A DNA stretch of 45,971 bases from Stramenopiles sp. TOSAG23-2 (lineage: Eukaryota), in contig LT649285.1 of assembly GCA_900128395.1 (NCBI GenBank), positions 1 to 45,971 on the forward strand, read 5' to 3'. Position 1 is the stretch's first letter. Each line of letters begins with the position of its first letter. The position numbers were made by a program, and so were the translations under genes. Under the pieces are notes generated by a model. The model was given only the letters and a program-made list of their open reading frames with translations, was not told the DNA's origin and ran no database searches. Shown here piece by piece: positions 30,708 to 40,500 of this stretch.

Positions 30708-33110
30708 TCAATACAGCGCAGATATATAATTTCCTTTCGAGTTAAATTCAAGATGTAGATCGCCCGCTCGTTTCATAGAATTAACAACAGCACATTGGCA
30801 TAAATTATATAAGTCAGCACCTGTAAAATTCGAGGTCATTTTTGACAAACGCATTGCCATGTCAGTTAAATCAATATCTTCTTCTACATTCATATTTGAT
30901 ATGTATAGCTTCAAAATACTTTCTCTATCGGATTGACTTGGCAGCCCTACGTGAACTACGGTTTCAAAACGACCTGGTCGCAACAAAGATGGATCCATTA
31001 AATCAATTCTATTTGTTGCAGCAAGTACAACAATTCCATTATTTTTTACATTCAAATTATCCATTTCCATCATTAATTGTGCAATCATGCTAGTTCCTAA
31101 TCTACCAGAATTTTCACGATTACCAAATATAGCTTGTATTTCATCTAAAAACACAACGCAAGGGCTTTTTTGCCGTGCGACACGAAAAAGCTCCGCTACT
31201 TTTGCTTCACTACTACCTACATCGCCTTTCATTATATCCGTTATAGAAGCGGATATGAATGCAACGCCACTATATCCAGCTACTGCTTTTGCTAATAATG
31301 TCTTTCCAGTTCCTGGTGGGCCATATAATAATACACCATTCGACGATGATATGTTTAACCTTTGAAATTCTTCCGGATATAAATATGGCCAAACGACATG
31401 TTCTTCCAATACACGTTTTGCTTTTTCCAAGCCACCAACTGATTGCCATGACGGCAAATCATCTTTCGCTTCCATTCCAGAATAATCAATATTGTTTTGT
31501 CGAACCACTCCCATTTTACGCTTGGATGACAACGATGCCAATCCAATAGACAAAGCTTCATTCCACAATGAATATATATTAAATGACGGGGCATTTAAAT
31601 TTATTTTGCGTTCATGGCAAATTAATTTCATTTGTCCAAATACTATTTTTATGTCACTACGAGTGAAACCATTGCATTGCTTGACCATTTTTTCTATCCA
31701 TTTGTTTTCACTTTGGTTTTTATTGTCATCATCATTATACAACAATATGTTTTTTAAAATATTTAAATAATATGATATTATATTAAAGTAATCCCGTGCG
31801 GTAGATGTACCCATATCAATATGAATATCAAATTTTTCTTGCAATTTGGCATCTAAATGACTAATAGACGATACTGTGCATCCAATTCGTAACGGCAACA
31901 TACCTGTACCATCATAGTTACGTTGAAATTGATTTATTTCTTCCATGATAGTAAGAATTTCATTTTTAGCTAGGATTCTATCTGCGGAGCTAGGATTATT
32001 TGAGGAGCTATCGAAATCAAAATGATTTTTTATCATTTTTGGCAAAATTAAATCTAAATCTTCTAAAATAATTAGACATCCATTTTGTTTATCTTGATTA
32101 TTGATGTTGTTGGATATTGCTTTCACTGCTTTGGTAAATGTATCTTTTATGGCCCATGATGTATCTCCATCATATTGCTTATTTGATATTAACATCATAT
32201 TGATGAACCAAACGTTTACATTCCGCTCCTTTGATATTCTTTTTATTAATTGTTTTTTCCCACTTCCTGGTATACCTGAAAGCATGAATGACGTAGTAGA
32301 CGGTGTTTTTTTGTATGTAATAACGTTATTATTATTTCGGACACTAAAAGCTGTATCAAACCAATTTTCAAGCTCTGCAATGGAATTTTTATTAAATGAC
32401 ATTTTCCATGAAAACAATTTAAGATTATTTTGATTTTGATGATTCCTTGCATCAGTTAACAAGCTCCTTGTACCAGCAGAATCATTTGAAACAATATCAA
32501 TTATACTGTTTAATAAAACTACTCCACCTTTCATATTATTTTCATCGTCCACATTTTCATAATTATTTTGAACAGAATTACAGGAAATTTTTAATACATT
32601 TGAAAAATTCCAAGTTGCATTTAAGTTGACATATTTATTTTTCAATTTATCTAACATATATTGATTTATATCAAGAGTTTTTTCTACTTTCCGTTTCATT
32701 GCTGCATCCATTGAAAGGCGCATGTGTATAATGGAAGGTAATGTATTGGTAAATATTTTTTCAACTTTGACTTTAAAATTGTTTACATCTATGTTTTCTT
32801 TAATAACCGTCGTTTCCCCAATATATAATGCACATGTATTAATAAGCAATTTAAAGTCTAATGACATACGGGCAACAAATTTATATTTCAATGTTTCAAA
32901 TTGATCGTTGATATTATCACAAGTTAATATATAAATAGTTACAAATTGATTATGTTCAAGTTCTAAGTTTTTCGCATTATATACATTTATTTTAATTGCC
33001 GGTTCTATTATTTTTGCATTTGATGATAATTTAAATTCTGTACATGTAAAAAGATGATGTTCATAGTTTTTATTGTTCTTGTTGTTGTTGGTGATATAAT
33101 TATTGCTCAT
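30708..33110 (-). CDS. CDC48/AFG2(SPATA5)-family double AAA+ ATPase
   Basis: Degenerate D1 (GIPGSGKK, IILEDLD) and intact D2 (VGGLE...GVLLYGPPGTGKT, VFLDE, AATNRIDLMDPSLLRPGRF). Confidence 0.88.
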   Translation of the reverse strand: MSNNYITNNNKNNKNYEHHLFTCTEFKLSSNAKIIEPAIKINVYNAKNLELEHNQFVTIYILTCDNINDQFETLKYKFVARMSLDFKLLINTCALYIGETTVIKENIDVNNFKVKVEKIFTNTLPSIIHMRLSMDAAMKRKVEKTLDINQYMLDKLKNKYVNLNATWNFSNVLKISCNSVQNNYENVDDENNMKGGVVLLNSIIDIVSNDSAGTRSLLTDARNHQNQNNLKLFSWKMSFNKNSIAELENWFDTAFSVRNNNNVITYKKTPSTTSFMLSGIPGSGKKQLIKRISKERNVNVWFINMMLISNKQYDGDTSWAIKDTFTKAVKAISNNINNQDKQNGCLIILEDLDLILPKMIKNHFDFDSSSNNPSSADRILAKNEILTIMEEINQFQRNYDGTGMLPLRIGCTVSSISHLDAKLQEKFDIHIDMGTSTARDYFNIISYYLNILKNILLYNDDDNKNQSENKWIEKMVKQCNGFTRSDIKIVFGQMKLICHERKINLNAPSFNIYSLWNEALSIGLASLSSKRKMGVVRQNNIDYSGMEAKDDLPSWQSVGGLEKAKRVLEEHVVWPYLYPEEFQRLNISSSNGVLLYGPPGTGKTLLAKAVAGYSGVAFISASITDIMKGDVGSSEAKVAELFRVARQKSPCVVFLDEIQAIFGNRENSGRLGTSMIAQLMMEMDNLNVKNNGIVVLAATNRIDLMDPSLLRPGRFETVVHVGLPSQSDRESILKLYISNMNVEEDIDLTDMAMRLSKMTSNFTGADLYNLCQCAVVNSMKRAGDLHLEFNSKGNYISALY

Positions 33111-33564
33111 ATTGATATAGCGAAATGGATCTGAAAGGATTGGATAGAAGATAATGAAATCTATTTATCTGTTTATATATATAATTATTTATATAATGTA
33201 TAGTGAGTATGTATTGATGATGATGTATATTTATTTGTTTTTAATCATCAATAGTAAGTAAGTAGAGAGATATAATACTGTACAAAAACATACAACAAAC
33301 TAAAGCACACTAAAACTAAAAAAACACTAAAACATAATAAAATAAAATTAATAAAGCTTATAATAAATATTATTAGCTTTATTAAATTATTGGAATTATA
33401 GTGGTGCTATATACCTCTCCTATTTTATCGAACAACAACTAATTACAATAAATATATATTATTTAAAAATAATAATACATATACATATATACATCACTTT
33501 CAATTTTCAAAACTACAAGAAAAAAATAATATTAATAGTTATACGAAAGTTAAATAGCGATATA

Positions 33565-34778
33565 ATGGAGGCATCAAAACAAGGACAACAACAAAACATT
33601 GGTGATCCACAACCTTGGTATGAAATAGATATAGTAATAACAAACTTATTTCAACATTTCAATGGAAAAGAAATATTAGCATGTCACTTAGTTAACAAAA
33701 CTTGGGCGAGACTATTATTTAATGTGAATAATGATAAAATACAACGTTGGAAATGGAAAATGTTACTAAAAGAAACATGGCCACAATTCAATGTCAATGT
33801 AAATGAAACGTATACAGGGAAAACGCTTCGTCAAGCATATGAACTTAGGCGATTACTTGAAGATAAAATCTTACGTGAACTATGGACTCCGAAATATGCT
33901 GATAGTTTTAAATTTGGAAAATATTCACGTTGGGTTGTCCCATACAAAGATGGAAAATTTATTCTGGATGTAGCGTATATTGTACAAATTTTGGCAACAT
34001 TTGCTCCAAAAGATTATTTAATTTTAGATGGTGCGGATAAAATTGAATATAACCCAGAACATAGTACATCGAGTGGACCATGGCCTGGATGGACGTTGCA
34101 CCGTCAAACAGATTTAATGAAAGATATTCAAGAGAATAATTCATTGAAAATAGACCAAGATGCATATGCTGCCATGATTATTTGCCAGAGTATATGTACA
34201 CATCGTTGGTATCGAACTGATAATGTTGAATATGAAACTATCTTTCATAATCAAGTTATGGATATTGCTCAACAGTGGAGCGAAGAAACAAAGAAAAATA
34301 GACTCGATTTTTTTGCAAAGTATCCACTTGATCGTAAGAAAAGGCATATGAATATTTCTTCAGTAAGTATATATATATATATAGATAAATTTCTAAATTT
34401 TATTTTTCACCTTCCTAACAAATATATACACAGATGGTTGTAGCTAGTTGTGGATGGTTGAAAGATAATATAAATAATAGCAATAAGAATCGCAATATAA
34501 ATGATGCAATAGATATCGTACGAAATACAAAAATACTAGCATTTTTATTGCAAAATAGAGATTCATTGAATGCTGTATTCTGGGATATCGACTCGATAAC
34601 TTGTCGCGGGATAGATTGCCTTGCAATTGGTAGATTTCGTCGATGGAATAATAAAGCTTATAGCCATCAACGTATGTCACCCCGACAATATCCACCCATG
34701 TTTAATATGAAGAAATTGGTGCATCATATTGATGTAAATTTCGATTGGAATGATATTTTTTCAATGTTTGGAAAATAA
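33565..34778 (+). CDS. F-box-like protein; exons 33565-34362 and 34434-34778
   Basis: N-terminal DIVITNLFQHFNGKEILACHLVNKTWARL fits an F-box. A phase-0 intron joins the two ORFs. Confidence 0.7.
34363..34433 (+). other. GT-AG intron, 71 nt (subfamily B)
   Basis: gtaagtat...ataaatttctaaattttatttttcaccttcctaacaaatatatacacag. Confidence 0.85.
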
Positions 34779-35196
34779 AAATAAATTTTTTTCTAAAATT
34801 TAATAAAATTTGAATAATATTTTTAAGAATATTGATCTGCTATAACAACAAGTTTGTCAATTTAGAATCATTTCGGAACTAAATTAGAATTTCTTTTAAT
34901 AGCAATTTTTTGTGCTTTTAAAGCTACAAATTGTCACCAAAAATAAAATGGATGAAAAGAGTAATATTTTTTTATTATATTCTTTGTTAATTTTGAACAT
35001 GCTATGCTTATGTTAAATTAAAACTCGAAAATTTCTTAATTGTGGGCTGTAAGGTAGCAGGTGAAGAGTAAGGGGATCGAGTAGCTACGCAAGCCGGGCA
35101 AGCACAATGGTGCAATAATGGTGCAATGGCCATAATTACCAATAATAGTGACTTTAATGGAATTATAACATTGGCCATTTTCCAGTATTGTTGTAC

Positions 35197-35555
35197 ATTG
35201 CTATTCCATTTTGAAGCAAGACTTTGAGTGTTGAAGATTTGACCTTAAAAAAGTCTCCGGGAAAAAAAAAAGTGTCCGAATTTTAAAAAAGTGATATAGG
35301 AATATTAAACTGTTTATACTTAGTAGAATAACACAATTATTTTTCTTTTCTTATATATTTAGGTTAGGCTTTAGCTTAGTAGTAGTTATGATAAAATATA
35401 TTAGTAAAGAAAATAATTGTGTTATTCTACTAAGTATAAACAGTTTAATATTCCTATATCACTTTTTTAAAATTCGGACACTTTTTTTTTTCCCGGAGAC
35501 TTTTTAAGGTCAAATCTTCAACACTCAATGTCTTGCTTCAAAATGGAATAGCAAT
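35197..35555. repeat. Long foldback inverted repeat (arms about 150-165 bp, short spacer)
   Basis: 35197-~35348 is the near-perfect reverse complement of ~35406-35555. Confidence 0.9.
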
Positions 35556-35585
35556 ATAATGCTAATCCTGGTAATGCGTTGCTAA

Positions 35586-35982
35586 CCTATAGGGGTGCAA
35601 AAACCTGGGCCATCGTATTCACCTGCTATAGTGGTATATACACTACATAGCATTATAATGGTATTACTATATTATATTTATTTAATAGGTACATACCATT
35701 GGCTACTGTCATTAATTTTATCAGTCCATTTTCGCAATTTGATGCTTATAACATAAATTATTAGATATTGATATATGGTTTTTGGCTATAATACAAAAGT
35801 TGCGAAAATCTCCTGCATTCCAATTCTTGGTTCTTGCCGTGAATCACTTCGTACTTATGGCTATACTAAATACCTGTAATATATCTATCAAACATTTACA
35901 ATGGTATGTCTATCTTGTATGCTATATCCATTGTATATATAGCAGCTGAATACGATGGACCAGGTTTTTGCACCCCTATAGG
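35586..35982. mobile_element. MITE with 45-bp TIRs, possibly piggyBac-type
   Basis: cctataggggtgcaaaaacctgggccatcgtattcacctgctata (35586-35630) matches the reverse complement of 35938-35982 with 2 mismatches. Flanks are CTAA and ATAA. Confidence 0.78.
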
Positions 35983-36114
35983 ATAATTGAAAAAAAAAAG
36001 ATTTTTTATATATTTATTTAAAATATCTCGGGATGATATATAAAATAATATACAAACGTAAACAATATATATATATATATTGTTAAAAGAAAACGTACAA
36101 AATCCTATTTCTCC

Positions 36115-36386
36115 TTTTTTGTTCTTCTTCTACAATCATTAACAAAATGATCCATATTAACCTTTTGACAACATCTGACACATATAATGATTTACAAGCG
36201 ATGAATCTATTTCAAACAATTGAAAATAAATATAATCATCACTTAAAAATTTTTTTGTTCTTCTTCTACAATCATTAACAAAATGATCCATATTAACCTT
36301 TTGACAACATCTGACACATATAATGATTTACAAGCGATGAATCTATTTCAAACAATTGAAAATAAATATAATCATCACTTAAAAAT
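36115..36386. repeat. Tandem duplication, period 136 bp, over the dehydrogenase start codon
   Basis: gttcttcttctacaatcattaacaaaatg... at 36121 and 36257. Confidence 0.95.
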
Positions 36387-37517
36387 TCACAAATATTTGA
36401 TAAATCCAACATCTCCAATGCCAAACGCAGAAATATTGGAGTCTTTGGACTGTATCGTTTTTGCATATGGTGAAGCTAGGCCTGTTTTGCCGGCTTTATT
36501 CCAATCCATAAATAAGGCGCCTAATTTGAAATTTATTAATGTTGGTATGTAATGCTCTATTCCACTAGACTTTGTAAATATCCTCTCTAACACTTTCCTC
36601 TTTCACGCTTTCAGGTTGGACAGGGACTGATGGAGTTAGGTGGAAAGATGCACGAAAACGCAACGTTGTTATAAAAAATAGTCCTGGAGTCAGTGCCATA
36701 CCCATAGCCCATTCGTCAATTGGTGCCGTGTTAATGTTAAGTAGAGGTTTTTTAAATTGGAGACGGTCTCAACGCTTGAAGGAATGGAAACCCTTACCTG
36801 GACACATTAGGGTTGTAGGAGATAATGTGTATGAAGATAGAAAAGTGGAAGTACGTATATGTATATCATAATAAATTCTAAATTTTATTATTTTTCACCT
36901 TCCTAACATATATATAAATGCCTCAAATTCATCCATGTATACATACATGATGATACACACAGTTAGTCGGCCAAAAAATGGTCATATTTGGATATGGTAG
37001 TATTGGGAGAGAAATTGCAAAGATAGCAAATGTATTAGGAATTCGTGTCATTGCAGTGCATCGAAACATTGAAAAAAGTTTAAATGATCCGTTTGTTGAA
37101 AAATCTGTTACTCCAAGTCAATTGAAAAGTGTTGTTTCCTCATGTGATTTCTTAATGAATTGTGCACCATTAAATGATGACACAAAGTATTTTATATCTG
37201 ACAATATTTTAGCATCGATGCCTCGAGGTTCATTTGTTCTCAATGTTGGAAGAGGGAAAACAATTGAAGAAGCTGCATTGATTAGACATTTACAAAGTCA
37301 ACATATAGCTGGTGCCTATTTAGATGTAGTTGATCAGGAGCCATTGGATGCAAATAGTGTTTTATGGGATATGGAAAATGTTATAATTTCACCACATAAT
37401 TCCCATCGCAGCGAGAAAACACGTGGGCGGAGTTTAAATTTGCTTCGTTCCAATTTATCCGAGTGGATTGAAGAGCAATATGGCGAAGAACTGGATAAAT
37501 TACGTATATATGTATAA
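36283..37517 (+). CDS. D-isomer-specific 2-hydroxyacid dehydrogenase; exons 36283-36544, 36615-36850, 36963-37517
   Basis: Spliced protein FINVGWTGTDGV...KNSPG...ELVGQKMVIFGYGSIG...NVGRG...AYLDV...EPL...ISPHNS carries the NAD-binding and catalytic R/E/H motifs. Confidence 0.92.
36545..36614 (+). other. GT-AG intron, 70 nt (subfamily A)
   Basis: gtatgtaatgctctattcc...aatatcctctctaacac...tttcag. Phase 1, G|GT. Confidence 0.9.
36851..36962 (+). other. GT-AG intron, 112 nt (subfamily B)
   Basis: gtacgtat...ataaattctaaattttattatttttcaccttcctaacatatatata...cacag. Phase 0. Confidence 0.9.
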
Positions 37518-37569
37518 AATTACACCTGTACAGGTGTATACCTATTTAAAATCAAAAATTACTGTGTAT

Positions 37570-40500
37570 TTACTTGTCAGCAGTTTTACTACTTTCAGCT
37601 ATTACCGAGTTTTCTTTTGATTTTCTCTTTGTACACGATGATACACAAGGATTATGGCATTTGCTAACACACTCAGTTGTTTTTGCTTCCTTATCGTTGG
37701 CACATTTTGTCATACATTTATCTACGCATTTATCTACACATTCCTCAGTGGTAAATTTATCTACTACTGCTTTAGGAGCAGCTTTTGGTTTCATACTAAT
37801 ACTACAGTTTAATCCACGCCATCCGTCGAAGCAGACGCACAGGCCGTTTGCACAAAGGCCGTTGTTACTACATTGATTTGGGCATAACTTAATTTCACAT
37901 GCTTTTCCAGCGAATCCTGGTTTACAACGGCATTTTCCAGTCGTGGTGTGGCAAACACCATTATGGTTACAGTCTTCTGGGCAGGTTTGAACGTCACATG
38001 CTGGGCCAGTCCATGCTTGGCTACATGATTTGCATGCTTTACAATCACATTTACCGGTCATTGTATTGCATGTACCGTGTCCACTGCAATCGCGTGGGCA
38101 TTTTCTATGGCCACAATCAGAACCGAAGAAGCCATCGTGGCAAGTACAGGTTCCGTTCAAGCATAAACCTTGACCAGAGCACATTTTCTTTAAATCATTA
38201 GTTGGGCAGCCGCGTTGACTGCAGTCTTTACCAGTGTAACCTTCGGAGCAAGTACATTCAGCTGCTTCACAAACACCATGTCCAGAACATCCATTTGGGC
38301 AATCTTTCTTTTCGCAAGCTTCACCGTGGTATCCAACGGAACATTTACAGATTCCATTGCCTTTATCATCAGTGTCGCAAGTACCGTGGTCGTTACAGTT
38401 GTTGACGCAACCAGTCTTGTCGCATTTCTCGCCTATGAAACCTTTGTTGCATACGCATTTACCTTCCATTTTTTCCACACCATCAGTGCTGTTCTTTACA
38501 GACACAGTAGTGCATACACCGTTAACACAACCATTGCATGCTTTTGACATACAGTCAGCACCGGTCCAGCCATCTTCGCAGATACACTTGGAAACTTTCT
38601 CTCCTTCTTGTGAGGTAGTTAGTTTACAACTTCCATGTTGAGCATTACAGTCATTTGGGCATTTTTTCCAACCACAATCTTCACCAGTGAAACCATCACC
38701 GCATTTACATTTGTAATCTTCTTTATCCATGCATTCTCCATGTCCGGAGCAAGCATTTGGGCATTGTCTTACAGAGCAATCATCGCCTTTGAATTTAGGG
38801 TCGCATTTACATTTGTCCCCAATGCACATACCGTGTCCACTGCATGAATTTGGGCAAGTTGGGAATTTACAACTTTCACCGGTCCACATGTTTTGGCACA
38901 AGCATACACCATCGGATTGGCATTGGCCATGGCCATTACAATCTTCTGGGCATGCTTTTTTGCTGCAGTCATCACCAGTCCATCCTTTTTTGCACGTGCA
39001 TTCGAATGTTTCCGAGTTACATGAACCTTGCGCTTTGCTGGTACATTGATTTGGGCATTCTTGTTTTTGGCATGCTTTACCACCCCATCCAGGTTTGCAT
39101 TTACATGCACCGGATAAGCATTCACCGCGAGAGTTACATGCATCAGGGCAGTCTGGTTTGCTACATCCTTCACCGGTCCATCCTGGCGCGCAGTGACATT
39201 CACCTAGAACACATTCTCCATGGTTGGAGCATTTCATTGGGCATTGTTTTGTTTCACAACCAGCACCTTCAAAACCAGGTTCACATACGCAACGTGAGTT
39301 ATCAACGCAACTTCCATGTCCGTTACAGTTTTTAGGACAGTATTGTAAACTACAATCAGCATCAGTGTAACCAGGATCGCATTTACATACACCTTGGCGA
39401 CATAAACCGTGATCGCTACATTCATTTGGACATGCTTTTACTTCACATGCTGCGCCTGTCCATTCTCTGTGGCAAAAGCAAGTACCATTGTGGCACATAC
39501 CTCTTCCGGTACAGTTACGTGGACATGCTTTGGTTGCACAGTCAGCACCCATGAAGCCTTCGTTACATTTACATGTCAAGTCGATTGAACAAACACCATT
39601 TCCTGAACATTTCTTTGGGCAGATTCTGCGAGAGCAATCTTCACCTTCATGATCATCGTCACATTCACAGATACCTTCGTTACAACGTCCATTGTACGAA
39701 CATTCGTTTAAGCAAGCTTTGCGTGCGCATGATGCACCAGTGAATCCTGGAGCACAGTTACATTTAGCATCTTCACAAGTACCATGTCCACCACATTTGT
39801 TTGGGCAGCATTTCAATGGAGCTACGCCTTTAGCTGGGCATGATTCTTTGGAGCAATCATCACCTTCCCAACCTGAAGCACATTCGCAGCATTTTTTTGG
39901 ACCACATTTACCATGTCCGGAGCAACCATTTGGGCATACTTTCACAGCACATGTTTTGCCAGTGTAACCAGCGTCACATTTGCAGGTTCTGTCTTTCATG
40001 CAACGACCGTGGAAACTGCACATGTCTTTGCATCTTGGAACGGAACAATCGATACCGGCGAACATTTCGCTACATTGGCATGTACCATCCTCTGCTTTAC
40101 ATTTACCATTTTCGGTTTTGGAGTTACAGTCATCTTTACAAGTTTTTGCAACACAACCAACACCTGCAAATTTTTGTCCATGGAATGCTGGGTTAACGTC
40201 AACTAAGTTACAAACGCAAGTAGAGTTGATGCATACACCGTTGCCATTACAGTTATTTGGGCAGTATTTCTCGGTACAATCGCGACCGCGGAATCCTGGA
40301 TCACATTTGCATTTACCATCGTTCATGCAACGTCCGTTGAATCCACATTCTTTGTCACATGCAGTAACGCCACAGTTTGGACCAGTCCAGCCTTCTTCAC
40401 ATTGGCATGAACCTTCAACACATGAACCTTTTGAACTACAGTCATCTGGGCAACTTTTAGTCGCGCAATCATCACCAGTCCACATTTGACCTTCGAAAGC

